Source: an uncultured Spirochaetota bacterium (lineage in GTDB: Bacteria > Spirochaetota > Brevinematia > Brevinematales > JAOACQ01). Taken from it: DNA of 64,000 nucleotides. The position numbers were made by a program, and so were the translations under genes. Location: the NCBI GenBank assembly GCA_963768055.1, contig CAVYGN010000002.1:64001-128000 (forward strand), in the 5' to 3' direction. The notes beneath the pieces are model-generated. The model saw only the letters and a list, made by a program, of their open reading frames with translations, did no database searches and was not told the DNA's origin. Shown piece by piece: positions 27,391 to 37,601 of this stretch; the first letter of the stretch is position 1, and each line of letters begins with the position of its first letter.

Positions 27391-28741
27391 CTCCAGCTCC
27401 AAGAGTTATTACTATGTTTTTTCCCTGGAAAAATGACCTGACCTTTTCAGGTATATCCTTGAGTTCGCTGGTCATGGCGACGTTTTCCCGTCCCTTGATC
27501 CTGACTATCTCGTCATATATCAATTTCGTGCTGATCAGGCCGTCGTCCTTTTCTCTTGCCGCGTATATCTCGGTCAGAACAATACTGTCTGCCCGGGACA
27601 GGGATCGCGCGAATTCCTTGTAAAGGTACTGCGTACGGGAAAACAGATGGGGCTGAAACACAGCTATGAGGCGGGCATGTGTTTTTTCAGAAAGGTTCTT
27701 CGCGGCGTTCAGGGTAGCATCGATCTCGGAGGGATGATGGGCGTAATCGTCGATTACCATGAGGTTGCCCTTGTTGAACTTAAGCTGAAAACGCCTGTCG
27801 GCGTTCTTGAAATTTCTCAGGGTCTTTTCTATAACATCTACTGGAATTCCGTTTACCGCCGCGCAGCCGATGGCAAGCAGGGCGTTGGTCACATTATGCA
27901 TGCCGGGGACGTTTACAAAAAATTCCCCCAGTAAAGCGCCATGTTTTTTAACGATGAAAGAAGATGAAAACTCGTCAAGCCTGATCTTCGAAGCCTTAAA
28001 ATCAGCGCCCCGGCGGATGCCCGCCGAAACGACGTTAGATAAACCCGAGCCTTCGACTACTTTTCTCAGGTTTGCGTCGTCCCTGTTGTAAATAATTTTA
28101 CCGTAAGAAGGGATGTTTTCATGTATGTATTTTGAAAACGCTTTTTTAATATTTTCCAGATTATGGTAATAATCCAGGTGGTCTGAATCGATATTGGTTA
28201 TGACGGCCATCATGGGATGCAGTTTCAGGAAGGAGCCGTAAGCTTCGCAGGCCTCGTAAATAAAATATTTTCCCGCCCCTTCGTAGCCTGAGCCGCCTAT
28301 CTGGTCGATATGCCCGCCGACGGCCAGAGTCGGTTCCAGCCCCGCGGCAAGAAATATCTTCGCGACCATCGAAGTGGTTGTTGTCTTTCCATGGGTGCCC
28401 GAAACCCCGATAGAGAGCTTCGGCGAAGAAAGTTTGTCAAGCATTACCGCACGCTCGTACAAAGCTATCCCCAGCTCCTTCGCCCTTACAAACTCCGGAT
28501 TGTCGCCGGCTATAGCATTGGTATAGACGACGGCGCCTATATCCGGCGTGATATTTTCAGGACTATGGCAAAGCGCTATCTCTATTCCCTGTTTCCTCAG
28601 ATTAAATATAACGGTAGATTCCGCCCTGTCGGAACCCGACACCTCGTAACCCCTGGCTTTAAGGATCACGGCCAGCGCCGACATTCCTATGCCGCCTATG
28701 CCGATCAGGAAAACCTTTTTAGCGCGCCCGGGCTCATTCAT
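27356..28741 (-). CDS. murC: UDP-N-acetylmuramate--L-alanine ligase
   Basis: GIGGIGMS, GTHGKTTT, DDYAHHPSE and FQPH motifs. Confidence 0.96.
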   Translation of the reverse strand: MNEPGRAKKVFLIGIGGIGMSALAVILKARGYEVSGSDRAESTVIFNLRKQGIEIALCHSPENITPDIGAVVYTNAIAGDNPEFVRAKELGIALYERAVMLDKLSSPKLSIGVSGTHGKTTTTSMVAKIFLAAGLEPTLAVGGHIDQIGGSGYEGAGKYFIYEACEAYGSFLKLHPMMAVITNIDSDHLDYYHNLENIKKAFSKYIHENIPSYGKIIYNRDDANLRKVVEGSGLSNVVSAGIRRGADFKASKIRLDEFSSSFIVKKHGALLGEFFVNVPGMHNVTNALLAIGCAAVNGIPVDVIEKTLRNFKNADRRFQLKFNKGNLMVIDDYAHHPSEIDATLNAAKNLSEKTHARLIAVFQPHLFSRTQYLYKEFARSLSRADSIVLTEIYAAREKDDGLISTKLIYDEIVRIKGRENVAMTSELKDIPEKVRSFFQGKNIVITLGAGDVWKVSDMFCL

Positions 28742-29002
28742 AGACCCACTCCTCCTGCATTGACCTTTAATTATAATATATATTTACAATTTCGGACAGT
28801 ATTTTATTATCATCGGCCAAATCGATCAATATTCAAATCTCTTTCCGCAGTAAATTTTTAACGTACAAATCGCAGGCCAGGAGGTGTCCTCCTTCCTGTC
28901 ATCGGTTCCTCTCCTTTTTAATGGAATAAATATTTATCAGGATTTGACAAAGGAAAGCCCTAAGTTTATATTAAACCGTTAATAATGCAGGAGGTAAAAT
29001 TT

Positions 29003-30676
29003 ATGGCTGAAAGATCAAAACGTTTAATAACCCTGCGCTTCAGCATATCCAGCGCTTTTGTAAGCGTTGTCGTATTATCATGCGTTCTCCTGGGAATATT
29101 TACGTTTTACAACGTCCGCTCTTTTCTCCGGCAGGGCATAGAGGAACGCCTCCATGACACCATAGGGGTCGGGGCCCTCCAGATCGACGGAGACCTGCAT
29201 GAAAAACTCGTCAAACCCTCCGACGAGGATTCGGAAGGCTATATGAAGATAAAACTTGTCCTCCGCGATATACGCAGACATACCACGGACGTCAGAGACG
29301 TTTACACGATGAGGATGCTCCCGGACGGGAAGATCATATTCGTAGTCGACGCCGAGAATAAAGCGCATACGAATTTTTTCAGCCACCTGGGAGATGTTTA
29401 CGACAAACCCACGCAGGACCTTCTTGCGACTTTTGCAGACCATAAGGTTCATGTGGAGAAAGAGGTGAGCTCGGACGAGTGGGGAACATGGCTTTCAAGT
29501 TTCGCGCCGATATTCACTAAAAACGGAAAGTTCGACGGCATTGTCGGCATGGATATGTCAGCGAAGAAGATTGTCAGCTACGAGCGGCACTACTTCATAC
29601 TTATCTTCGGGATCTTTCTTGCCGTAAGCGTCATGGTGATCCTCCTGGCCGTTCTCTTCGCCAGAAGGATCTCGAAGCCTATGATCATTCTCGAAAACGA
29701 CCTGGAGAAGGTGCAGAAATTCGAACTTTCCAGCAGGCTGGATATAAAATCGAACATCAAAGAAGTTATAAACATGAAAAACGCCATCGAGAACATGAAA
29801 AACGGCCTCCGGTCTTTTAAAAAATTCGTTCCGGCGGACCTGGTGGCGGAACTTATCAAACTTAACAAGGAAGCGGTCCTGGGGGCCGAGAAAAGGGCGA
29901 TGACGGTGTCATTTTCGGACATCGCCGATTTTACGAGCATTTCAGAGATGCTGCCGCCCGAAAAGCTCGTCGCTAATTTAGGGATATATTTCGAGGGGAT
30001 GACGAAGATCATTCTGGAAAAAAGCGGCACGATTGACAAGTATATCGGAGACGCCATAATGTCGTTCTGGGGCGCGCCGCATTATCAGGAAAACCATGCT
30101 GTCCTCGCCTGCAAAAGCGCGCTGGAGAGCCAGCGCTTCCTCATTCGAATCTCCGAAGACTGGAACGCGAAGGGCCTGCCGATTTTCAAAACCCGTATAG
30201 GTATAAACACCGGGGACGTCATCGTCGGGAACATGGGTTACGAGGAAAGGCTAAATTACACGGTAATGGGCGACACTGTCAACCTTGCGAGCCGCCTCGA
30301 GGGCCTGAACAAGTTCTACTGCACCAGGATAATGATAAGCGAATTCACCAACGAGTCCGTCAAGGGAGAGATGGAAACCAGGCAGCTGGACACGGTGGCG
30401 GTAAAGGGAAAAACACGGGGCATAAAAATTTTCGAACTTATATCCGAAAAAGGGAATATCGATAAGGGTATGACCGAATTCCTGAGCATGTACAACGAAG
30501 GAATGTCCTTCTACGAAAAGGGCGACTGGCCGCGCGCTGTAATGATCTTCGGGGAAGCCCTGAGGCTGGTCCCGGGCGACAAGCCCGGCCAGGCGATGCT
30601 CGAAAGATGCCGTAAGTTCGATAAAGAGGGAACGCCCCCAGGCTGGAACGGGGTGACGGTATTCCATGAAAAGTAA
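29003..30676 (+). CDS. membrane class III adenylate cyclase (periplasmic sensor + HAMP + cyclase + C-terminal TPR-like domain)
   Basis: Two TMs, FSDIADFT, DKYIGDAIM and NYTVMGDTVNLASRLE; K/T specificity residues point to ATP. AGGAGG RBS. Confidence 0.9.
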   Translation: MAERSKRLITLRFSISSAFVSVVVLSCVLLGIFTFYNVRSFLRQGIEERLHDTIGVGALQIDGDLHEKLVKPSDEDSEGYMKIKLVLRDIRRHTTDVRDVYTMRMLPDGKIIFVVDAENKAHTNFFSHLGDVYDKPTQDLLATFADHKVHVEKEVSSDEWGTWLSSFAPIFTKNGKFDGIVGMDMSAKKIVSYERHYFILIFGIFLAVSVMVILLAVLFARRISKPMIILENDLEKVQKFELSSRLDIKSNIKEVINMKNAIENMKNGLRSFKKFVPADLVAELIKLNKEAVLGAEKRAMTVSFSDIADFTSISEMLPPEKLVANLGIYFEGMTKIILEKSGTIDKYIGDAIMSFWGAPHYQENHAVLACKSALESQRFLIRISEDWNAKGLPIFKTRIGINTGDVIVGNMGYEERLNYTVMGDTVNLASRLEGLNKFYCTRIMISEFTNESVKGEMETRQLDTVAVKGKTRGIKIFELISEKGNIDKGMTEFLSMYNEGMSFYEKGDWPRAVMIFGEALRLVPGDKPGQAMLERCRKFDKEGTPPGWNGVTVFHEK

Positions 30677-30685
30677 CGGCCCTGA

Positions 30686-31501
30686 ATGATACAAAAGGAC
30701 CATTTCCTTAAACTCCATCTTAGAAAGCAGATTTACAAGATAGCCGAAACGCTGAGAAAGATCGAAGAGGAAGACGGCGAGCCTCTAACCAAGATACTTT
30801 CGGATCTCAGGAATTATTCGAAATTCCTGCATGAAACCTCGCACCCCAGGCTCATGGCGGTCCGCTCGATCGTCGACGAGTTCCTCGCGTCTTTCCCTCA
30901 AGGACGAGCCCTGACAAGGCCGGCGATCGAGCGGGCGAATTTCGCCTTTCACAGAGTCATGGAAGAGATCGGCTCGGCCCCCGACGAGTCGCGCTATTTA
31001 CCGAGGCACAAGCGTTTCGACACAAATAAGAATTCCGTCAAGTACCCCCATACTGCGATACTCGACAACCTCAGATCCCCCTTCAACACAGGCAGCATAT
31101 TCCGCTCCTGCGACTGCTTCGGCGTCGGGAGCCTCGCCCTCTGCGGAATAACCCCCCGCCCCCCCATGCCCAAACTCGAGCGCACCGCGATGGGAACAGT
31201 AGGCCTGACAGACTGGCAATATTACACCACTACCGCTGAGGCTATCTCTTATTACAAAACCGGCGGCTTCCGGATCATCGGCGTGGAGACCGTCGAAGGC
31301 GCAGCCTCCCTTTACGAAGCCGGCTGGCCCGAAAAGACCGCCTTCGTATTCGGGAACGAAGAGTTCGGCATGACGGAGGAGGCACTGCTTCTATGCGACG
31401 CTTTTATAGATATACCGCTGGTGGGTAGGAAGAACAGCCTCAACGTCGCCAGCGCCTTCGCAGTAGTGATGGCCGAGGCGGGGAGGAGGGGGGGGTGTTG
31501 A
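30686..31501 (+). CDS. TrmH/SpoU family RNA methyltransferase with N-terminal extension
   Basis: LDNLRSPFNTGSIFRS, FVFGNEEFG and KNSLNVA motifs. Confidence 0.9.
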   Translation: MIQKDHFLKLHLRKQIYKIAETLRKIEEEDGEPLTKILSDLRNYSKFLHETSHPRLMAVRSIVDEFLASFPQGRALTRPAIERANFAFHRVMEEIGSAPDESRYLPRHKRFDTNKNSVKYPHTAILDNLRSPFNTGSIFRSCDCFGVGSLALCGITPRPPMPKLERTAMGTVGLTDWQYYTTTAEAISYYKTGGFRIIGVETVEGAASLYEAGWPEKTAFVFGNEEFGMTEEALLLCDAFIDIPLVGRKNSLNVASAFAVVMAEAGRRGGC

Positions 31502-31731
31502 CGGACAAAAAAGTAGTGCACTAAAGAAAGTCTAACAATAAATTTTATTTTTTTGCTAAACAATTGCCGTCCGGCAGGTTTAGTGACCCAGGGTCGGCGT
31601 TTTTAGTGACCCGCCCCCCTGTCTACCTTTTGCTTATCTCATTATTATCTTAATCAGATTTGTTAAAATTATTACAAAGGTGTTTTTTAACAATATTTTC
31701 TTCCTTAACCCCGCTATTTGCGGATTTTCCC

Positions 31732-32745
31732 CTACGGCAGTATCTTCGCCAAAACATTGTTATCGAAAGTCCCCGCGCTCCTGTTGAATACGGCATAAAT
31801 TCCATCGTCATCCCAGATAGCATAGGAGAAGCCGTACTGCTTGCAGAGACTGGCTATATTCCCCAGCCATTTAAGCCGGCTCTGGTAATCCGCGCTTGTG
31901 ACTGTTCCGTATTCTCCCAGGTAGAGGGGAACGTTATGTGCGGCTGACCAATTGGCCGCGTTGAGAAAATCCTGGTCCATGGAGGAATAATCGCCGGCAG
32001 TGCCCCATGTGCCTACACCGTTGCCGCAGAAATTATAGGGATTGTAATAGTGAAATGTAACGATCACATACGGGTCGTTGGGAACTATAAAATTGGTTTT
32101 ATTGATAAGCTCGTACAAAGAAAACCACTGGTCTGGGCCTATCAGGACGTACCTTGTAGGGTTGCTCTTCCGTATGATCGGCAGGATCTTAGAGTCCATA
32201 TCGTTAACCTGGTTCATAGTCATCGGGGCTTGCGGTTCGTTAAGGATTTCGAACATAAGGTTCGGAGATTCGCCGGAAAAATATGCGGCTATCTGCTGCC
32301 AGAGGCTTTCGAACTGGGCAATATTGCCAGCGTAATCGCTGTATATCCAGTTTTCATGATGCGCGTTAAGAATGACTATAAGGCCCCTGCTTAAAGCCCA
32401 ATCCACAACCGTTTTTACCCGCGCCATCCAGGCGGGATCGACTACGCCGCCCGTAATATGATACTGCCATGTCACCGGGATGCGTACATTTTTGAACCCG
32501 GCGTTCGTATAATCGTCGAAATAATAAGCCTGGGCCAGGACTCCGCCTGTCCAGTCCCCTTCTGTAGGAGTGGCGTCCAGTGTGTTGCCGAGGTTGATTC
32601 CCGATCCCATGCCGGTAAGTATGGCGTAAGTATTCGGATTGGAGCCGGAACCTCCGGAACCTCCGGAACCCGGAGGAGTTGAACAGGCTGCGGTCAGGAC
32701 TCCCAGGACGATCAGCAAAACTGAAAAATATTTATTCTTTTTCAT
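31732..32745 (-). CDS. glycoside hydrolase family 5 (endoglucanase-like) lipoprotein
   Basis: Lipobox LTAAC, G/S linker, GINLGN, VRIPV, acid/base NEP, HYY and nucleophile GEYG. Confidence 0.92.
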   Translation of the reverse strand: MKKNKYFSVLLIVLGVLTAACSTPPGSGGSGGSGSNPNTYAILTGMGSGINLGNTLDATPTEGDWTGGVLAQAYYFDDYTNAGFKNVRIPVTWQYHITGGVVDPAWMARVKTVVDWALSRGLIVILNAHHENWIYSDYAGNIAQFESLWQQIAAYFSGESPNLMFEILNEPQAPMTMNQVNDMDSKILPIIRKSNPTRYVLIGPDQWFSLYELINKTNFIVPNDPYVIVTFHYYNPYNFCGNGVGTWGTAGDYSSMDQDFLNAANWSAAHNVPLYLGEYGTVTSADYQSRLKWLGNIASLCKQYGFSYAIWDDDGIYAVFNRSAGTFDNNVLAKILP

Positions 32746-32879
32746 AATATTTCCTTTATTAAAGAACAAATTATAACAGTTTATATATAATAATACTAAA
32801 AATAAATAGTATCAGATAATAAACTTGCCGTTTTATTGTCATTATATCCGTCTCAGCGTCCTTGCGGTGAATCCCCCGA

Positions 32880-33191
32880 CTAAACATTAGCCGAATGCAA
32901 CTTTTTGTATGAATTGATCGCCTCTAATTCATTCTTTAAATGCAGTTCTTCTTCCTCAAGATCAAAGTCGTCCTGCAGCCCCAGCCAGAATTGAGGAGTT
33001 GTCCCGAAATATTTTGAAATCCGTAATGCGATAGGAGCCGTAACCCTTCTTTTACCTTTAATGATATCGGATATTGCTGTTTGCGGTATTTTCGTTTCTT
33101 TTGAAAGTCTGTAACGGGTTATATTTAAAGGAATTAAAAATTCCTCTTTTAAAATTTCTCCCGGATGTATATTTCTTAATCTTTCACTCAT
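32880..33191 (-). CDS. higA: HigA family addiction-module antitoxin
   Basis: HPGEILKEEFL, Xre HTH, and FGTTPQFWLGLQ. Confidence 0.93.
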   Translation of the reverse strand: MSERLRNIHPGEILKEEFLIPLNITRYRLSKETKIPQTAISDIIKGKRRVTAPIALRISKYFGTTPQFWLGLQDDFDLEEEELHLKNELEAINSYKKLHSANV

Positions 33192-33208
33192 ATTTATCCT
33201 CCGATTTT

Positions 33209-33490
33209 TTAATGGTAATCTTCTATTTCAACATCGAACACATCATTGTTTTTCCAAACAAAGCATATTCTCCATTGATTGTTTACTCTAATGCCATGCT
33301 GATTTTTTCTGTCTCCTTTTAATTTTTCTAATTTATTTGCCGGCGGTAATGATAAATCTAATAGGTTATGAGCGTTATTAAGCATCCTAAGTTTCCTTCG
33401 AGCAATGTCCTGAATTTCAGGAGGTAATTTTTTTGATCTCATGCCTTTCCAGATCTTTTCTGTTTCATCATTTTTAAAATTCTTTATCAT
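33209..33490 (-). CDS. higB: HigB/RelE-family toxin (plasmid maintenance system killer)
   Basis: MIKNFK...ARRKLRML...PPANKLEKLKGDR...IRVNNQWRICF...EDYH; lies upstream of the antitoxin. Confidence 0.93.
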   Translation of the reverse strand: MIKNFKNDETEKIWKGMRSKKLPPEIQDIARRKLRMLNNAHNLLDLSLPPANKLEKLKGDRKNQHGIRVNNQWRICFVWKNNDVFDVEIEDYH

Positions 33491-33497
33491 ACGAATA

Positions 33498-33537
33498 ATA
33501 CTAACGCGTCCGATTACTAATGTCAAGAGTTAGTAAT
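33498..33537 (-). promoter_or_regulatory. higBA promoter with palindromic operator
   Basis: TTGACA (33526-21)-N17-TAGTAT (33503-498). The inverted repeat ATTACTAA-N9-TTAGTAAT straddles the -35. Confidence 0.65.
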
Positions 33538-33613
33538 TATTCAATACCAAGTCCTAGGCTCAAATCTTGTCATTTTTTCCCCTTCCGTATAAAATATCCA
33601 AAAATTTCAGGGG

Positions 33614-35158
33614 TTGAAAATGCTGCCGAACCTTCCGGATTTAAAAAAATTTATCGGATCGAGCCTGTTCGTGATATTGATTTTCGCATTCATCAAGCTT
33701 ATACTGCATCTTGTCTTTGCCAACGGCTACGGCTACTTTATCGACGAGCTTTATACAATAGCCTGCGGGGAGCACCTCTCCTTCGGGTATGTCGATATAC
33801 CGCCGCTGGTCCCTTTTTTATCCAGGTTAAGCGGGATTGTTTTCGGATACTCCCTTTTCGGCATCCATATACTGCCTGCGGTCAGCGGGTCGCTTTTCAT
33901 TCTTTTTACAGGGCTTTTCACAAGGGAATTGGGCGGCGGCAGGATAGCCGTTGCCTTCGCCTGTCTTGCAGCACTGCTTGATATAACCTGGCTGATCGAC
34001 GGTTCGATGTTCGCTTACGACAATTTCGATCTTCTCTTTACGCTTATCTTTCTCTTCACTCTGCTTAGGCTTATTAAAACCGGGAACACGAAAATGTTTA
34101 TCCTGATCGGTTTTATCGCCGGAATATGTATAATGACCAAGTTCACCCTGCTGTTCATGGCCATAGCCCTTGTACCATCCCTGCTGCTTACATCCCGGCG
34201 TAAGCTTTTCGCATCGGGCTGGTTATGGGCTGGAATTCTTATTGCAGCGATAATGACGGTTCCTTATCTTTTATGGCAATACAGCCATGGCTGGCCTTAT
34301 CTTGAATATCTCGCCAATTACTCGAAAAGCGGAACTTACCATGCCAGTGTTTTCGAATACCTCGGCATGACGGTTATTTTCGTCAATTTCGCCCTGGGAA
34401 TATGGGTCATGGGCTTTATTTATTTCTTCAGGGATCCCGGAGGCAAGAAATACATGCTTTTCGGTTTTCTGCCGGCGTTTTTATTTCTGGTCCTCTTCGT
34501 CATATTCAAAGCGAAATATTATATGATCATGGTCAGTTACGTGCCGCTTCTGGCGGGAGGGTCGATCATGCTGGAAAAATACGTGACAAAGCCGTTCTGG
34601 ATAGGAGTAAACGCGTTCATACTGTTATTGGGTTTATTTTTCATACCTATAGCGCTTCCGGTATTAACCCCACCGCAGCTTGAAGCCTTTTATTCCGGTA
34701 TCGGGTCTATCAGGGGAGGCATAAAGCTCGATAACTCCAAATCTTCCGTTTTTCCTCAATGGACCGCCGACCGTTTCGGCTGGGAGCAATCCGTCCAGGC
34801 TATAGCCGGCGTCTATAACAGCCTGCCGGAAGAGGACAGGGCCAAATGCGCGATATTCTGCAGCAATTACGGTGATGCTGGAGCGGTCGACCTGCTTGGA
34901 GGAAAATACGGGCTGCCGAAATCTATAAGCGGTATCCTGAGCTATTATATCTGGGGGCCCGGGAATAACACCGCCGAGATAGCCATTGTAAAAGGGGTCC
35001 CAAAGGAAAAACTGGATCTGCTTTACTCCTCGGTTACCGAGGCCGCTCCGTACTATAATAAATACGCCATGCCCTACAGGAACGTGCCGATCTATCTCTG
35101 CAGGGGCCTGAAGAAGCCGATCGGTGAAATCTGGAAGTATTTTAAATATTACAGGTGA
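33614..35158 (+). CDS. glycosyltransferase family 39 (ArnT/PMT-like) membrane protein
   Basis: YGYFIDELY, GYVDIPPL, many TMs, KAKYY and NYGDAGA. Confidence 0.85.
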   Translation: MKMLPNLPDLKKFIGSSLFVILIFAFIKLILHLVFANGYGYFIDELYTIACGEHLSFGYVDIPPLVPFLSRLSGIVFGYSLFGIHILPAVSGSLFILFTGLFTRELGGGRIAVAFACLAALLDITWLIDGSMFAYDNFDLLFTLIFLFTLLRLIKTGNTKMFILIGFIAGICIMTKFTLLFMAIALVPSLLLTSRRKLFASGWLWAGILIAAIMTVPYLLWQYSHGWPYLEYLANYSKSGTYHASVFEYLGMTVIFVNFALGIWVMGFIYFFRDPGGKKYMLFGFLPAFLFLVLFVIFKAKYYMIMVSYVPLLAGGSIMLEKYVTKPFWIGVNAFILLLGLFFIPIALPVLTPPQLEAFYSGIGSIRGGIKLDNSKSSVFPQWTADRFGWEQSVQAIAGVYNSLPEEDRAKCAIFCSNYGDAGAVDLLGGKYGLPKSISGILSYYIWGPGNNTAEIAIVKGVPKEKLDLLYSSVTEAAPYYNKYAMPYRNVPIYLCRGLKKPIGEIWKYFKYYR

Positions 35159-35988
35159 TGTCTAGCTTTCATAATGTAATCGACCATGGTTTGCGGAAGA
35201 AGTTCCAGGAAAGCCGCGGCCCCGGACATATAACCAACCCTGTACCTGTTCTTCGGTTTTTTCGCTGTTAGTGCTTTGTATACCATTTTTGCCGCTTCCA
35301 GAGGGTCGGTCCTTTTTTTATCTAATTCCTTCCACTTTTTTATCTCTTCGCCGATGGCATTTATATAAAGATCGGATCTTTCTTCCGGCCATGTTTTAAA
35401 AGATATTTCAAGCTCCCTGTAGCATCTTTCAACAGATTCCGTTTTGATTGTTCCGCACCGGACCATTATAACCGGAATATTCCATGGCTTCAATTCAATA
35501 TCCAGTGTCCTTGCAATATTATTTACCGCGAAATCGCATGCATGTATGCTCGAATCGAACGGAACGGGCATTAAAGCCGGAGTTGCGATCCATATGATCC
35601 TGCCCCTGTTTTTTCGGAGCATGGGCAGGAATGCCTGCAATAAACCGATCGGGCCTGTCAGTCTTGCTTCCAATTCATTCCTGAATTTATTTAAATCCAT
35701 AAGTTCAATAGGGGAAATAAAACCGCCCCCCGCGTTATTAATGACCGCGTAAAGCGATTCTCCGGCTATCGCTTCAAATATTCGTGGGAAATGTTCGGGT
35801 TTTGTAAGATCGAAAGGGTATAAGGGAATAAGGTTCTTCAGATCGAGACCCCTCAAATTCTGCACGTCCGTTTCTTTGCGGACTGTGGCAAATACCTTAA
35901 AGCCGTTCTTTGCCAGGAACACTGCGCAAGCCCTGCCTATGCCGCTGGAACATCCGGTTATCAGTACGCTTTTCCCATTTTCTTTCAT
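35149..35988 (-). CDS. atypical short-chain dehydrogenase/reductase
   Basis: TGCSSGIG and NNAG are present; the YxxxK position reads IHACD. Confidence 0.85.
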   Translation of the reverse strand: MKENGKSVLITGCSSGIGRACAVFLAKNGFKVFATVRKETDVQNLRGLDLKNLIPLYPFDLTKPEHFPRIFEAIAGESLYAVINNAGGGFISPIELMDLNKFRNELEARLTGPIGLLQAFLPMLRKNRGRIIWIATPALMPVPFDSSIHACDFAVNNIARTLDIELKPWNIPVIMVRCGTIKTESVERCYRELEISFKTWPEERSDLYINAIGEEIKKWKELDKKRTDPLEAAKMVYKALTAKKPKNRYRVGYMSGAAAFLELLPQTMVDYIMKARHHL

Positions 35989-36015
35989 ATCCATCCTCCA
36001 AAATTAATCGTTTGT

Positions 36016-36084
36016 TTTAATCAAGTGATTAAATAATAGCATAAAATTTGCAGAAAGTCAATCGCATGATTAAATCATTTGATT
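36016..36084 (-). promoter_or_regulatory. sigma-70 promoter of the SDR gene flanked by AATC-N4-GATT operators
   Basis: TTGACT (36061-56)-N17-TATTAT (36038-33). Palindromes TTTAATCAAGTGATTAAA (36016-33), AATCGCATGATT (36060-71) and AATCATTTGATT (36073-84). Confidence 0.65.
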
Positions 36085-36682
36085 ACAATTTTGGTTTTAA
36101 ATAATGATCGATCAGGAAATCGATATAGACTTTTTGAATTTCCGGTTTTTTAAGGTCGATTCCGGCGAAATCGTCGAACATGCCCGGGAACATGGCGGGG
36201 AAAAGCATCGCGGAAAGCGTCTGTATGACAATAAGCTTTATATTCATATCGCCGATTTCAGGATGGAACCTTTTTATGTTTATTAACATACTGTCGAGGA
36301 ACTTGTTCTTCCATTCTAAAATATCCCTGTCATAGACCTTCTTTGTAAAAGGGTTATAGAACCTGGCTTTTACTATCTCCGGATAATTAACCATGCCCTC
36401 GAAGTTATGCCTGAAAAAATCCCGGAAAATTTCGAACGGGCTCTTACCTTTTTCCTCGAACATTTCAAAGTTTGCCATAGCGTTTTTCATTGCCAGCTGA
36501 AGAGCCGCTTCGATAAGTTTTTTCTTTGACCCGAAATAATAATTTATCGCCGCGCTGTTCACACCTGCTTCCCTGGCGATGTTCCGGATCGTGACCGAAT
36601 GCAGGCCCTCTTCTTCAATGCAGGCCAGTGCGGAAAGTATTATCCTTTCGCGTGTAGAATGTTCATCCATTAAGAGCCTCAT
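36083..36682 (-). CDS. TetR/AcrR family transcriptional regulator
   Basis: TRERIILSA...TIRNIAREAGVNSAAINYYFGSK HTH. Confidence 0.93.
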   Translation of the reverse strand: MRLLMDEHSTRERIILSALACIEEEGLHSVTIRNIAREAGVNSAAINYYFGSKKKLIEAALQLAMKNAMANFEMFEEKGKSPFEIFRDFFRHNFEGMVNYPEIVKARFYNPFTKKVYDRDILEWKNKFLDSMLINIKRFHPEIGDMNIKLIVIQTLSAMLFPAMFPGMFDDFAGIDLKKPEIQKVYIDFLIDHYLKPKL

Positions 36683-36945
36683 CCGAACTTATAATGCTTC
36701 TTCACCGCTTTATTGATCTTCCATACGCATGAAAGGCCCTGGGGAAAGACCACGAAATCGCCCTGGCCGAAATGAACCGTATCGTTCCCGGCTTTAATAT
36801 CGACGTCGCCTTCGAGGATGTAGCAGCTCTCCTTTTCGTCGTACTGCCAGTCGAATTCGGACGCTTCCTTCGTCCAGACCGGCCATTCGAAGACGCCCAT
36901 CGTTTTCAGAATATCCTCGGAAATCTTTTTTACTTCTATAGGCAT
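36679..36945 (-). CDS. cupin domain protein (DUF861/cupin_3-like)
   Basis: WPVW...FDWQYDEKESCYILEG...GDFVVFPQGLSCVW...KHY; AGGAGG RBS. Confidence 0.88.
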   Translation of the reverse strand: MPIEVKKISEDILKTMGVFEWPVWTKEASEFDWQYDEKESCYILEGDVDIKAGNDTVHFGQGDFVVFPQGLSCVWKINKAVKKHYKFG

Positions 36946-37109
36946 AAGGGCCTCCTTTATATTATTGCACTGCTTTGTACTGCCTGGACGGAATTCGATC
37001 ATATTGTAGGGATATTTTGAGCAATTGTCAAAAGAATTTACAGGAACAGCTGTTTTGACATTACAGGATGCGTTTATTACTTTTAAGCATCGAATGAGAG
37101 GAGGGTTTT

Positions 37110-37601
37110 ATGAATGAAAACAAAAATAATACCATTATGCAGATCAAGGACAACAAGGTGGTTTTTATACGCGAGTACGAAGCGCCAAGGGACCTTGTTT
37201 TCGAGACTTATACCGATCCGGACCTTATACCGAATTGGTGGGGGCCGGAAAAGCTTACAACTGTCGTAGAAAAAATGGAAGTTAAGCCCGGCGGTTTGTG
37301 GCGCTTCATACAGCGAGACGCAGATGGAAAGGAATTCGCCTTCCATGGCGTTTATCACGGGGTTTCAAAACCCTGCCAGATTGTTTCAACCTTTGAATTC
37401 GAAGGCATGCCGGACCATGTAATGCTGGAAACAATGACATTCGAAGATCTCACGGGCGGAAGGACCAGGATTACCGGCTCATCTGTTTTCCAGTCTGCCG
37501 AAGACCTCGACGGGATGATCAAAACGGGCATGGAGAAAGGGCAGAAAGAGACCTATGACCGTTTCGGCGAACTTCTTAGAAGATTTATGAACAGCAGGTG
37601 A
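37110..37601 (+). CDS. SRPBCC/AHSA1 family protein
   Basis: REYEAPRDLVF, WWGP, GGLWRF and STFEFEG motifs. Confidence 0.88.
   Translation: MNENKNNTIMQIKDNKVVFIREYEAPRDLVFETYTDPDLIPNWWGPEKLTTVVEKMEVKPGGLWRFIQRDADGKEFAFHGVYHGVSKPCQIVSTFEFEGMPDHVMLETMTFEDLTGGRTRITGSSVFQSAEDLDGMIKTGMEKGQKETYDRFGELLRRFMNSR

Noticed and set aside
31564..31615. TTTAGTGACCC direct repeat (x2) with tiny hairpins between convergent genes
   Set aside because: Only two short copies and loops too small to fold well; function cannot be supported.
32880..33540. higBA as part of a prophage or integrative element
   Set aside because: No integrase, att repeats or phage genes nearby; it appears to be a solitary module.
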